Positions 1-9,297 of a DNA stretch of 64,000 nt are shown here, piece after piece (positions within the stretch are counted from its first letter, which is position 1; the number at the start of each line of letters is the position of its first letter). The notes beneath the pieces were generated by a model. The model did not search any database and was not told the DNA's origin. It worked only from the letters and a program-made list of their open reading frames with translations. The DNA lies in the IMG/VR virus record IMGVR_UViG_3300031576_000008, positions 32,001-96,000 of that record; one strand, written 5' to 3'. This DNA comes from a virus. The position numbers and the translations under genes were made by a program.

Positions 1-219
1 GATCGCCCACTTGAGGTGCGGAAGCCTGCCCATTGCAGCAGCCCATTCCATCCACTTGGTCACGAAGTAGCCGGTACCTCCATCCTCGCCGAGATCGTGA
101 TCAAGGGATATCTCGGTGACCTTGCCGCCCTCAAGCAGCTTGATGGCTTCTCCAGCCGTCTTGACATGCACATCGAATCCGGCCGGCATCGGCCGAAGAT
201 CGTCCAACCAAAGTTTCAT
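1..219 (-). CDS. cyclic-phosphate-processing receiver-domain protein (partial, runs off window)
   Basis: Not in ORF track; manual translation MKLWLDDLRPMP...EAIKLL...ISLDHDLGEDGGTGY matches family motifs LWLDD and SLDHDLG..TGY. Confidence 0.75.
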   Translation of the reverse strand, partial: MKLWLDDLRPMPAGFDVHVKTAGEAIKLLEGGKVTEISLDHDLGEDGGTGYFVTKWMEWAAAMGRLPHLKWAI

Positions 220-279
220 GTCGCACCCAGACGAGGCTGGCCCCGGGGAAGACCCGGGGCCAGCCGTGAGCAGGACCTG

Positions 280-945
280 TTAGCCCTTGAACTCGAGGAG
301 CGGCGGGCGATCGTCGACGTCGCCGTTGGCGATCTTGTCGAGCTGGTGCGCGAGGTCCTTGGACATCGGCAGCTTCGAATTCACCTTGGCGATGTCGACG
401 GACTCGTGGTACGTCTCGGCCATCGACTTCGTCTTCTTGGCGGTCGACCACAGGTAGAACATCAGGTCTTCCGGCTCGCCGACCGCGAGCTTGAGCGTCT
501 GGACGTCCACCATCGCCTGAATGTAGAAGACGTCCTCGCTCTTCTTCTCGGTGGTCGGGATCCACGTCATGAGCGGCTTGATGCTGGCAGCGGTGTAGAG
601 TTTCTCGATGTCGGTACGGAAGCCACGGATCCCGTTGCGAAGCACCGTGCACTTGTCGCGGTAGAGGGCTTCCGTCACCTCCTCGTAGTCCTCCTTGTCG
701 CGGAACTTGCGGGAGAAGCGGACGCACTCCTTCTTGTACTCGTCCTGAAGCGTGCTCTTCGACATCAGGTCCTCGAAGCGGAAGCAGCCGGCGTCGCGCC
801 CGACGCGGTGCTCGACGATGAGCTGGCGGTTGCTACCGTCCTTCGCCCTCATCCGGACCGCGCCGATCCGGAACAGCTTGTCCAGCTTCTCCACGATCAG
901 CGACCCCCGAACCCTCTTCCTCGACTCTGCCGTGCCCGTCGCCAT
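280..945 (-). CDS. hypothetical protein
   Basis: 221 aa ORF, GC3-rich codons, AGGA RBS. Confidence 0.7.
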   Translation of the reverse strand: MATGTAESRKRVRGSLIVEKLDKLFRIGAVRMRAKDGSNRQLIVEHRVGRDAGCFRFEDLMSKSTLQDEYKKECVRFSRKFRDKEDYEEVTEALYRDKCTVLRNGIRGFRTDIEKLYTAASIKPLMTWIPTTEKKSEDVFYIQAMVDVQTLKLAVGEPEDLMFYLWSTAKKTKSMAETYHESVDIAKVNSKLPMSKDLAHQLDKIANGDVDDRPPLLEFKG

Positions 946-1693
946 GCTGGGTTTCCTTTCTGGAAGCCGTGATATCGGACTTCCTGTTGGTGAAGTTCAT
1001 GTACTGCAGAATCTCGTTCCAGTACCGGTGCCCGTACTCGTCCAACTTCTCGTAAAGGTCCTTCGTGGCATAGCGCGCATTCCAGATGGTGGTGTAGATC
1101 TTGGCATGCATCCTGCCCTTGTCGAACACGGAGAAGGGGAGCGTGTCAAAGACCAACCGCATCTTGAAGATGGCGTCATGCACCGCCTTGATGGCGTCAT
1201 TGACCATCTTCTCATTGAAGAGCTGCTCGACCTGCTTGGCGTCGTTCTGCTGTTCTCGTGGGGCGATTTGTCCTGTGGCCCGCATGACGGCCTCGGCCAT
1301 GAGGCAGCCGTCCTTCATGTAGGCCTTGATCTTGGCTACCACCGTGGGCGTGAGTCCTTGCTCGACTATCAGCTCGGCCAGCATGTCCCGGTTCTCGGTC
1401 GAGAGATCCCCAAAACCAAGCTCGGTGAGGATGCCGAACGAGATCTTTCCGGCAAGGAACATGTTGAACACCTTGTCGCTCGGCTTGCCCGCCACAATGG
1501 TGTAATCGCGGAGGGTCTTGGACGAGATGTGCTTGAATTCGGGGTCATCGGCCAGACGGTCTTGGATTTCCTTCCACGGCATCGCTTCGTCGTCGCCACG
1601 GATCGCCAGCGCCTTCTGGCGCAGGCTCGCCATCATCTTGGGCGTAAACTTCTGGGAGAACATCCCATCAGCCCGCTTCTTTCGCTCTGCCAT
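833..1693 (-). CDS. hypothetical protein
   Basis: 286 aa ORF, GAGG RBS; 3' end overlaps next gene. Confidence 0.65.
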   Translation of the reverse strand: MAERKKRADGMFSQKFTPKMMASLRQKALAIRGDDEAMPWKEIQDRLADDPEFKHISSKTLRDYTIVAGKPSDKVFNMFLAGKISFGILTELGFGDLSTENRDMLAELIVEQGLTPTVVAKIKAYMKDGCLMAEAVMRATGQIAPREQQNDAKQVEQLFNEKMVNDAIKAVHDAIFKMRLVFDTLPFSVFDKGRMHAKIYTTIWNARYATKDLYEKLDEYGHRYWNEILQYMNFTNRKSDITASRKETQHGDGHGRVEEEGSGVADRGEAGQAVPDRRGPDEGEGR

Positions 1694-1726
1694 AAGATTA
1701 GCCTCGTTTCATATCCGTCACCTCCG

Positions 1727-3343
1727 TTATTGCCAGCGGGTCGGAATGTGCGCATCGAGATCGGTGCCATTGCGCTTCGCATTCTTGCATGGCTTACAGT
1801 ACTTTGGCGTCCTGAAGTCGCCGAACTTCTCGAACAGCCACTGCTTCTCCCCCTTGGTGAACACGAAGTTCGTCCCGCACTCGAAGCAGACGCAGCTCTC
1901 GTCTTCCAGAGACCCGCGCATCTGGATCGCGATCTTCCGATAGGGGACGTCGCCAAGCGCAGACCACGCGAGCCCGTCCCATTCCTCTGAAGTGAAGATC
2001 CCCTTCGGGAGTGGCTTGGAGGGGAGGCCCGCCTTCTTGAGGCGGTCGCAGATTTCCTGTTGGGCAACAGCATCCCAAAGACGGCCCGGCATGAGACTCT
2101 TCTGCAGCTTGAGCTGATCGGGCATGAGTTCGCATCTCTCGATCTTGCCGAGGACCTTCTTGAGGCTCTCCTCAGGCGACGAGACCGTAGAGGGCTGTTG
2201 TGCTCCATTCGATAGCGGCGTCACGGACTTCTGGACCAATGCTGGAGCCAGCCCAGCAAGGGGCACGTAATCGGTCGACAGCTTCTCGACAATGGACGGC
2301 TTGTGCTCAGGCTTGGGTTCGGGCGCGGAAGCCGGCTTCGGTGCTTCCTTTGCCGCAGGCTTCAGCTCGGCCTTCTTGGGAGCTTCCGGTGTAGTTGTAA
2401 GTTGAGGATTGATAGGTGTCAGCTGAATTGAGGGGTCACGCTCAATCACCCAGCCTTGGTTTTCCACCTCCTTGATGATCTTGAGCTCGATGGCGTTCTT
2501 CACCATCACCATCGCATACGTGCGGCTGGGAGGCTTGCCATCCAGCGTGAAGAATTCCTTGTACTTCTGAAGCTCCCCGGCAATCCCCCATTTGGAAGAG
2601 TGTGGCCCGGGATGCAAGCCGGCGATGAAAAGCGTCATCTTCGTCGCCTGCGACTCCTTCCGGGCCGGAGGCTTTGGAGCGGCTTCGGCATCGACCTTGT
2701 AGTCGGAGCCGGCCGCCAGACGCTTCCATGTCGTGCCGACGGTGTTGGCGAGGACGCCCTTGACCTTGAGCTCATCCGAGGCGATGAGCTTCGCCAGTGC
2801 CTGCTCCGAGATCGACAGCTCCTCGGCAAGGATGGGGAAAAGTTCAACCTGATCGAGTTTCTCATCAGGCAGCATAAGCGACTTCACGACCTCAATCAGG
2901 CGCTTGCCGTAGTTGGCCCAGAGATCTTCGACCGTCCAATCATCCGGAGAGTCCTTCTGGGACGGCGACTGGACTTCAGTCTTGGGCTTCTCGACCTCGG
3001 TCTCCTCGGCTTCTTCGACCTTCTCCGTCAGGTACGGATCGATGCGTTCCTTGAACTTGTTCTTGTCGTTGGAGTGTTTGATGAGTCCGGCAAGGATGTA
3101 GTTTCCTGTTTTGGATTGAATGAGTGGTAGTTTTCGCTTTTGGGCTATGTCCTGCGCAATTCGCCATGCAGGCCTGCCCAACCATCGCGTCAGCGCCACG
3201 ATGACCTCGACGTCGGGGGCAACGCTCGTCGGGAACGTCTCCCTTGTAGAGGGCACGTGGACGTAATCGATCGCCTCACGCACCACCTTGGGGATGTTCC
3301 GACGTTCGTCACCTCCAACGATGAGAGCCCGGATCTTTTGCAT
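1727..3343 (-). CDS. DUF2325-like N-terminal domain plus C-terminal zinc ribbon (zf-trcl-like)
   Basis: N-term ALIVGG...VIVALT...AQKRKLPLI; C-term CFECGTNFVFTKGEKQW...PKYCKPC. Confidence 0.65.
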   Translation of the reverse strand: MQKIRALIVGGDERRNIPKVVREAIDYVHVPSTRETFPTSVAPDVEVIVALTRWLGRPAWRIAQDIAQKRKLPLIQSKTGNYILAGLIKHSNDKNKFKERIDPYLTEKVEEAEETEVEKPKTEVQSPSQKDSPDDWTVEDLWANYGKRLIEVVKSLMLPDEKLDQVELFPILAEELSISEQALAKLIASDELKVKGVLANTVGTTWKRLAAGSDYKVDAEAAPKPPARKESQATKMTLFIAGLHPGPHSSKWGIAGELQKYKEFFTLDGKPPSRTYAMVMVKNAIELKIIKEVENQGWVIERDPSIQLTPINPQLTTTPEAPKKAELKPAAKEAPKPASAPEPKPEHKPSIVEKLSTDYVPLAGLAPALVQKSVTPLSNGAQQPSTVSSPEESLKKVLGKIERCELMPDQLKLQKSLMPGRLWDAVAQQEICDRLKKAGLPSKPLPKGIFTSEEWDGLAWSALGDVPYRKIAIQMRGSLEDESCVCFECGTNFVFTKGEKQWLFEKFGDFRTPKYCKPCKNAKRNGTDLDAHIPTRWQ

Positions 3344-3404
3344 GCGGTTCTCCTGTCCTCACGAGTTCACCTTATATCATGACACCGTGCCGGATGCCAT
3401 CAGT

Positions 3405-3635
3405 TCATGAGTCTTCCCCCGGGATGATGGGCTCGATCTCCTCCGTCGGCTCGCCGTCGAACAGCTTGGCCACCGGGATGATGACTGTCTTCCCCTCCTT
3501 TTCGAACTTCATGCACAGCACGGTAACGGTGTCGCGCGTGGTGACATAGCGGCATTCCATCAGGACGGTGCGGCCCTCGGCGAAAGCGTCCCGCAGGGCT
3601 TGGACGAGCTTCTTGTGATCATCGGGGATGGACAT
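3405..3635 (-). CDS. hypothetical protein (DUF6117-like)
   Basis: MSIPD...LMEC...PVAKLFDGEP resembles this small family; GAGG RBS. Confidence 0.55.
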   Translation of the reverse strand: MSIPDDHKKLVQALRDAFAEGRTVLMECRYVTTRDTVTVLCMKFEKEGKTVIIPVAKLFDGEPTEEIEPIIPGEDS

Positions 3636-3752
3636 GGTTCCCTCAGGTTAACACCTCGCGCGTTGGAGGTCTGCGCCTCCACCCAGCACAGGCACGGAAA
3701 GGTTAGTAACCCCACCAGCGCAAGGCCGCGCGAGGCGCGCTCATTCTAGACA

Positions 3753-3989
3753 TCATTGGCTCGCAACGCGCAGCGGTTCCTTGCTCGCCCGACGCGGGCG
3801 ATGGATGCGGTCCCATCGGGCCTGCTTGGATTGCCGATGAGCGTCTTCAAGGCAGTCGTCGCATAGCCGGATCACGATCCTGCCGGTCTTGATGACATTG
3901 ATCGAACTCACGGCCGAGTGCTGCTTCGTGCAGCCCATGCATCCGCCGACTTCGAAGATGCAGGCCCGGGTCACTACGATGTTAGACAT
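3753..3989 (-). CDS. small Cys-rich hypothetical protein
   Basis: CMGC and CDDC motifs; start uncertain. Confidence 0.45.
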   Translation of the reverse strand: MSNIVVTRACIFEVGGCMGCTKQHSAVSSINVIKTGRIVIRLCDDCLEDAHRQSKQARWDRIHRPRRASKEPLRVASQ

Positions 3990-4503
3990 GGCTGGTCCGT
4001 TCGTCATTCGATTCAGCTCGCAGGACGATCTCGATCCCCGCAAGTGCGCTGGCGGGAAGGCTTCGCAGCCTCCGGACCTGCTTCTGTGACCCAACCTCGC
4101 ACCGGCAAAGATGAATCTGCAGGCGACGCGCCTTGGTCAAGAATGGCCCAACGTCACGATTGGGGACCTCGCAGGAGATGCTCCTCATGAACGCCCCGGA
4201 ATCGCAATCATCCCGGAATGGGAGGCCCATGAGTTCGCTCAAGCGACTCAGATTGACCGCCATGACCATGTGCCGAAGCGTCTCCTCGAGGGGGCCATCC
4301 ATCTCCAGATCGAGACGGGCAATCACGCACTGGCCGGGAGTCAATCCTGAAGCTTGGGAAGATTCCTTTTCGAATTCATCCAGAATGCCCTTGTCCTCAT
4401 CGTCATCGTGCCAGAGATTACTGGCCACTTTGACGAGCTTCGGTTCCTTCTCGCGCTCCTTCTTGTCTTTCTTCTTGTCCTTCTTCTTGTGTTTTTTGCT
4501 CAC
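3982..4503 (-). CDS. hypothetical protein
   Basis: Probable GTG start coupled to upstream stop; Lys-rich N-terminus. Confidence 0.5.
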   Translation of the reverse strand: MSKKHKKKDKKKDKKEREKEPKLVKVASNLWHDDDEDKGILDEFEKESSQASGLTPGQCVIARLDLEMDGPLEETLRHMVMAVNLSRLSELMGLPFRDDCDSGAFMRSISCEVPNRDVGPFLTKARRLQIHLCRCEVGSQKQVRRLRSLPASALAGIEIVLRAESNDERTSHV

Positions 4504-4844
4504 TTGAGCTTTCTCCCGGTACTCCCGTCGATGATGGTGATCTTCTTGAACTCGTCCCTGATGTATGCTTCCAGACCGGGACGATAGATGGTGACGTGCT
4601 GTAGCGTAGGCATGCAGTCGTAGAGCGTGTCGATCAGGACATCCCGGTTGTTGATCTTGATGACGATACGCCGCCAGTCCAGCTCGCTGCGCTCCTCGAC
4701 ACGGCACTTCCGTTCTTTCGCCCGAATCATCAGGGCGTTCAGGTCCCCCAGATCGTAGAGAAGCTCCACGATTGGCCGGCTCATGTCGATGCTCAAGACA
4801 ACCTCTGCGATCATCGGCGGGGCCTTGATCCGAGTCCTAGGCAC
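4500..4844 (-). CDS. hypothetical protein
   Basis: 114 aa, AGGAGG RBS. Confidence 0.6.
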   Translation of the reverse strand: MPRTRIKAPPMIAEVVLSIDMSRPIVELLYDLGDLNALMIRAKERKCRVEERSELDWRRIVIKINNRDVLIDTLYDCMPTLQHVTIYRPGLEAYIRDEFKKITIIDGSTGRKLK

Positions 4845-5187
4845 GCTTGGCCTCCTTCAAGCGCTTCTTCTTGGCCGACTTGTGATCGTGCTTCTCCTGC
4901 TTGAGCCGCTCCCGGTCCTCGGCGCTGTAATTCAGCCTCAGGCGATAGAGCGATCGAATGGCCTGATCGAAGACGGTCTTCGTGCGGTCCAGTTCGCGGA
5001 TCATCTCGTCGATCTGCTTCTCATCAGGCAGGTCGGGCCGGTAGCTCCGCTCCATGATGGAAGAGAGGAACTCCTCCACGGCATGCGGGCAGGAAAGGGA
5101 GGTGCGGTCCGCATTGAAGTCGAAAATGCGCTCGAGAGCGGGTTGCTGGCGCGCGACCGATTTGACCATGTTCCCCAGAGTGATCAT
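4837..5187 (-). CDS. hypothetical protein
   Basis: 116 aa, AGGAG RBS. Confidence 0.6.
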   Translation of the reverse strand: MITLGNMVKSVARQQPALERIFDFNADRTSLSCPHAVEEFLSSIMERSYRPDLPDEKQIDEMIRELDRTKTVFDQAIRSLYRLRLNYSAEDRERLKQEKHDHKSAKKKRLKEAKRA

Positions 5188-5197
5188 CTGACTCTCC

Positions 5198-5245
5198 TAA
5201 AAAGAGGCGGGCCAGTCCCTCGGTTGGGAGGGACTGGCCCCTCTC
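5198..5245 (-). terminator. intrinsic terminator-like hairpin
   Basis: GGGCCAGTCCCT/AGGGACTGGCCC stem followed by a T-run on minus strand. Confidence 0.5.
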
Positions 5246-5260
5246 GAAGATCATCGTGTC

Positions 5261-5770
5261 CTACTTGAGCATTTCGTCGATCAGCTTCTGGAGCTTGTTG
5301 CGCATCGGTTCGAGATTGGTGAGCTTCGTACGCGCCAGATCGGCCATCGACGTGTACTTGGAGATCTCCTTGCTCACCGTCATGAGTCTGGACTGCATCT
5401 GCCGGTAGATCGGGTCGGTCTTACTGATGAGACCGTTCGACGGGCCGACCGCTTCGGCTTCCGCCTTGACCGGCTCACGCCCCGCGAGCTTCATGTCGAG
5501 AGGGACGTTCTTGAACTTGGCACGGGCGATGGAGCACGTGTGCAGATGGTCATTCCACATCTTCGACGGAATCGCTCCGTGCTTGGAACAGATCGGGCCC
5601 GGTGCGGCCGGCTTCTGCGAGACATCGGCCTGCGCCGCACCGTTGGTCCGGACGCCCTTTCTCGCGCAGATCGGGAAATGGCGGGCGTGGCCCAACCACT
5701 GGTAGCCACGGAATTCGCCATGCTTGCACTTGTAGATGTACTGATTCATCGCCAATTTGCTGGCAGCCAT
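5261..5770 (-). CDS. hypothetical protein with two CxH..H..C motifs and C-terminal coiled coil
   Basis: 169 aa ORF, AAGGA RBS. Confidence 0.6.
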   Translation of the reverse strand: MAASKLAMNQYIYKCKHGEFRGYQWLGHARHFPICARKGVRTNGAAQADVSQKPAAPGPICSKHGAIPSKMWNDHLHTCSIARAKFKNVPLDMKLAGREPVKAEAEAVGPSNGLISKTDPIYRQMQSRLMTVSKEISKYTSMADLARTKLTNLEPMRNKLQKLIDEMLK

Positions 5771-5879
5771 TGTGGGTTGTTCCTTGAGTGGAAAATGGAT
5801 CGAGACCGTTAAGGACTGGGAGCCGGGGCGACAGGCCCCGGCTCCCCATCGTAGCGCTACGTCATGACTGCCGTGGGTC

Positions 5880-6368
5880 TTAGGCGATCACGCGGATGCG
5901 ATCGCGGAAGACGTACCCACTCTGAGGACGGCCGTCCGGCGTGGTCCAATGGCAATGGACCTTGCCGTAGTTCTCATCGACCGTCTGGACGATCCCCTTG
6001 GACCCGAGCGCCAGAGCCGGAAGCTCCTCCGCAACGCGGACGAGTTCGACCATGGAGCCCGGACGGATCACCTGAGGAAACGCGGACACCACCGGCGCGC
6101 GGGCCGGGAAGATGTCCTTGCCGAGGAACCGCTTGAGGGCCTCGCCGTAGTTCGCCCCGAGCCAGACAACCATCCACGCCGGGAAGGCCACGAGGCCCAT
6201 GGCGAGGGTCATCGGCCAGAGGAACGACAGGCCACCGACGATGAACGACGGCCAACGGCCCTTCGTGTGGACGGTGATGAACCGCCCGACGAGGACCGAG
6301 ATCGCGCCCCACGCGGGGACGCCGGCGGCCACGAGAGCCCACAGCGGAACGGTCAACGCGACGTGCAT
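5880..6368 (-). CDS. membrane protein with small C-terminal beta domain
   Basis: Two to three hydrophobic segments. Confidence 0.6.
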   Translation of the reverse strand: MHVALTVPLWALVAAGVPAWGAISVLVGRFITVHTKGRWPSFIVGGLSFLWPMTLAMGLVAFPAWMVVWLGANYGEALKRFLGKDIFPARAPVVSAFPQVIRPGSMVELVRVAEELPALALGSKGIVQTVDENYGKVHCHWTTPDGRPQSGYVFRDRIRVIA

Positions 6369-6481
6369 AGCACGTTCCCTTTCTCACGAAAGTGAGGATG
6401 TACCTACTACACAGCGGACAGGACTCAATAGAGGGCCTCCTTTCTCAATGGACACAGATATAGTCCAACATCACTCGTCCT

Positions 6482-6918
6482 GACTTGGAATTAGTCCGGG
6501 CCGCCTGCTCGACGCGAGCTGAAGATCTCGAGTTCGCGCGCTATGGATCCGAGGTGGATTAACTTCTCCTCGAGATCCGTGATTAATTTTCGATTCGAGG
6601 AACGCAGCTGTACTCGAATCGATCGAGTTTGCTGGTTGCCTGCGTAAGCATCTCCGCGTCCTTGACCGGCAAGCTCGATCGGTTCGAGTACAGACCGTTT
6701 CTCGAATCGATAATTAATCGCGGATCTCGGGGTGAAGTTAATCCACCTTCGGATCCATTGCGCGCGAGCTCGTGATCTGCAGCTGCGGAGTCTCTTGCAG
6801 GACTAACCAACAAACCAAGCCAGCGGTGCGCCGGCCTACCATTGTCCCTTCAGACATGGCCTAGGCTCCAGCCTTCCGGAGCAGCTGGTTGTGCCAAGCG
6901 GACTAGACGTCCCAAGTC
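6482..6918 (-). ncRNA. dispersed retron-like msr-msd unit U5 (about 120-bp msd stem)
   Basis: a1/a2 pairing 6895-6918 with 6482-6507; G|CAC at 6894; GGCG-CAC-CGCU hairpin 6818-6836 followed by UGGUU; inverted repeat 6517-6637/6664-6784. Confidence 0.75.
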
Positions 6919-6925
6919 TTGACTT

Positions 6926-7192
6926 CTACCATTTCGAGACGATGTTTTTGAGCTCCTGCCGCGCCTGAGCGGCAAGCTCCTTCGCTTCCTTCTCGTCCTT
7001 CGCGACAGCCAGATAGACCACTTCGCTATGCATGGGATGCTCCACCGTCTGCTTGACGATGGCTCCTCGCGAAGTACGGCGCACCTCGACATGCCTTGGT
7101 GCCGTCCATCGGAGCTGGATTTCGTAGTCGGTCGTCTCGTCACTCACGAAATGAACTGGCACGACTTCGATGCGGAAGTCATCAGGGATCAT
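6926..7192 (-). CDS. hypothetical protein
   Basis: ATGA overlap with upstream gene, GGAGG RBS. Confidence 0.55.
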   Translation of the reverse strand: MIPDDFRIEVVPVHFVSDETTDYEIQLRWTAPRHVEVRRTSRGAIVKQTVEHPMHSEVVYLAVAKDEKEAKELAAQARQELKNIVSKW

Positions 7193-7713
7193 GGCTTGCG
7201 CCTCCCGGTCTTGGCAATGCCACGGCCAAGCTCGCGGATCCGTGTCTGGAGATGCCCCCAATCGGAAGTCACGAGTACAAAATGCGTCCCAACGAGAATC
7301 CGCTCGAGAATCGGACGCACTTCTGACGGGTCTAGGCCTCCGGCACCGCAGCCAACGATCGGCACGGCGATCGGGTCGAGATCAGGCCATTCGGCCAGCT
7401 CCTTGGCGCTCTTTTCGATGAGCTCGAGGCTTGCCTTCGATTTCCACGAAAGCCAAGGAGATTGCTTGTTGAACGGCTTGACTGGGAACAGAATGATCGA
7501 CGTACCGGAGTACTGTACGACCGTGATGTCCGCCCCCAGTTTCTTGCAGAGATCCCCGTACCATTCGGCAATCCCGGGGTACCGCTCCGCCGCATCCTTC
7601 GCCAGCCCCTTGCCCATGATGTTCGAGCCAGACGAATTCCAGCCGATGTTCGTAGGCACGACGATCAGGTGTGTCTTGGTGAGCTTCCAGATGTCTCCTG
7701 TCAGCGTTTTCAT
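7189..7713 (-). CDS. macro domain (ADP-ribose-binding/hydrolase-like) protein
   Basis: GDIW...IVVPTN...MGKGLAK...FPVK...AVPIVGCGAGGL. Confidence 0.75.
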   Translation of the reverse strand: MKTLTGDIWKLTKTHLIVVPTNIGWNSSGSNIMGKGLAKDAAERYPGIAEWYGDLCKKLGADITVVQYSGTSIILFPVKPFNKQSPWLSWKSKASLELIEKSAKELAEWPDLDPIAVPIVGCGAGGLDPSEVRPILERILVGTHFVLVTSDWGHLQTRIRELGRGIAKTGRRKP

Positions 7714-7822
7714 TCCTCATTCCCGTACCGCAGCCTCCCGCTTCAAGCAGGGGGAGCGGTACCAAGAGTATGACTGCGATGTGATTTTTCATGGTTTCCT
7801 CTCTCCAGAACCGACCTAGCGA

Positions 7823-8053
7823 CTACTCTGCCCCGACTTCCTCGACCTCTTCGTCATCCTCCTCTTCGTCATCTTCTTCGTCATCCTCCTCTTCGTCCTC
7901 TTCGATTTCCTCTTCCTCCTCGCCTTCCTCCTCATCGTCCTCCTCATCGTCCTCTTCGTCATCCTCTTCGTCATCCTCTTCTTCGACTTCCTCGGGATCT
8001 TCTTCGATCTCTTCCTCGCGTCGTTTCTTCTCAGGCAGCATCATATCCTTCAT
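7823..8053 (-). CDS. very acidic small protein
   Basis: 57 of 76 residues are Asp/Glu. Confidence 0.55.
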   Translation of the reverse strand: MKDMMLPEKKRREEEIEEDPEEVEEEDDEEDDEEDDEEDDEEEGEEEEEIEEDEEEDDEEDDEEEDDEEVEEVGAE

Positions 8054-8246
8054 CCCTCCGGATCCTGCGACAGCGACAAATCATCTCAAGGATGATCTCG
8101 AACTGCCATCCTTCTGCGTCATCGACCGGCACATCCTTCAAGATCGCCCGGCACTCCGGACAACGGTAGATCAATCGCGGGTAACCGACGATGGAGATCT
8201 CGAACTTGTCGTTCTCCCAGCAGACATGTTCCCGTGGATTCTTCAT
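8031..8246 (-). CDS. small zinc-ribbon protein
   Basis: CPEC motif. Confidence 0.5.
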   Translation of the reverse strand: MKNPREHVCWENDKFEISIVGYPRLIYRCPECRAILKDVPVDDAEGWQFEIILEMICRCRRIRRDEGYDAA

Positions 8247-8249
8247 GCA

Positions 8250-8450
8250 TCACTTCCGGCCATGAGCCTCATGGCGATGCCGTTTGATGCAGGCTTTGCA
8301 GAAGATGTGACCGCAGGGGCATTTCACGGACGCGACGTACCTGCATCCCGACATGGGACAAAGCTCCACCCACGTTTCGCGATAGGCGACCTCGTCATTC
8401 GCCTGAGCCGTCGGTGGGCACGACTGCGCCAGCTTCCCTCTCCGCGCCAT
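8250..8450 (-). CDS. small Cys/His zinc-finger protein
   Basis: CPMSGC...CPCGHIFCKAC...HRH; GGAGG RBS. Confidence 0.5.
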   Translation of the reverse strand: MARRGKLAQSCPPTAQANDEVAYRETWVELCPMSGCRYVASVKCPCGHIFCKACIKRHRHEAHGRK

Positions 8451-9075
8451 CCTCCCCTCCCTCCGGCCGCAGAACCGCGTATTTCTTGCGATGATGTGGC
8501 GTCAAGCCGTATTGCCTGATGGCCTCCCATTGCTTCTTGGTCCTGTAGCCGACCCCCGTGTCCCAGCCGTACTGGGGGTACTCCAGCGCCAATGCCTTCA
8601 TGTACGTATCCCGAGTCGCCTTGGCCACGATGCTTGCCGCCGCAACCGCAAATACTTTCCGATCGGCCTTGACGATATTGTACTGCACGACTCCGGGCTC
8701 GATGTCTACAAGCGTGTGGAAGTCGGTGATCACGGCCTCGGGGTTGACCTTGAGATCGGCGACAGCCCGTTCCATGGCCCGAATGGAGGCGTAGAAGATA
8801 TTGAACTTGTCGACCTCCGCAGGCTCCATCCATCCATAGCCGACGGCGATCGCCTTCGCCTTGATCTCCTCGGCGATTTGGACGCGCGTCTTGTGCTGTG
8901 AAATGAGCTTGGAGTCCCGGACGCCGTCAATCTGGACATCCTTTGGAAGGATGACGGCAACGGCAAGAAGTTTTCCTGCAATGGCGCTCACGCCGACTTC
9001 GTCGACGCCGGCATAGACAATCCCTTGGGCATCGAGCTTACGCTCGAGGACCGACCTCGGGATTGCCTTGTTCAT
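8395..9075 (-). CDS. rnhB: ribonuclease HII
   Basis: AGVDEVG, RDSKL, VKAD, AAASIVAK, GY.T..Q, TPHHR motifs. Confidence 0.92.
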   Translation of the reverse strand: MNKAIPRSVLERKLDAQGIVYAGVDEVGVSAIAGKLLAVAVILPKDVQIDGVRDSKLISQHKTRVQIAEEIKAKAIAVGYGWMEPAEVDKFNIFYASIRAMERAVADLKVNPEAVITDFHTLVDIEPGVVQYNIVKADRKVFAVAAASIVAKATRDTYMKALALEYPQYGWDTGVGYRTKKQWEAIRQYGLTPHHRKKYAVLRPEGGEDGAEREAGAVVPTDGSGE

Positions 9076-9084
9076 GCCGGGAAT

Positions 9085-9297
9085 CTATCCTTCGCGGCGC
9101 TTTTCCACGATCTCGTCGATGGAAGCGTACCCCGCGACATCCGACATGAAGGCCTGCCGGTCGTACGGCTTGTCGCTACGCACGGCAGGGGGTGACCGCC
9201 GTAGGGGCGACGTCCCATTCACCTGCGCCTGCATGCGGCCGACCCTGCTCACGATCATGAGCATCACCCATGCGATGATGAAGATGACGAGTTCCAT
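9085..9297 (-). CDS. small membrane protein
   Basis: N-terminal TM segment, AAGGAG RBS. Confidence 0.5.
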   Translation of the reverse strand: MELVIFIIAWVMLMIVSRVGRMQAQVNGTSPLRRSPPAVRSDKPYDRQAFMSDVAGYASIDEIVEKRREG

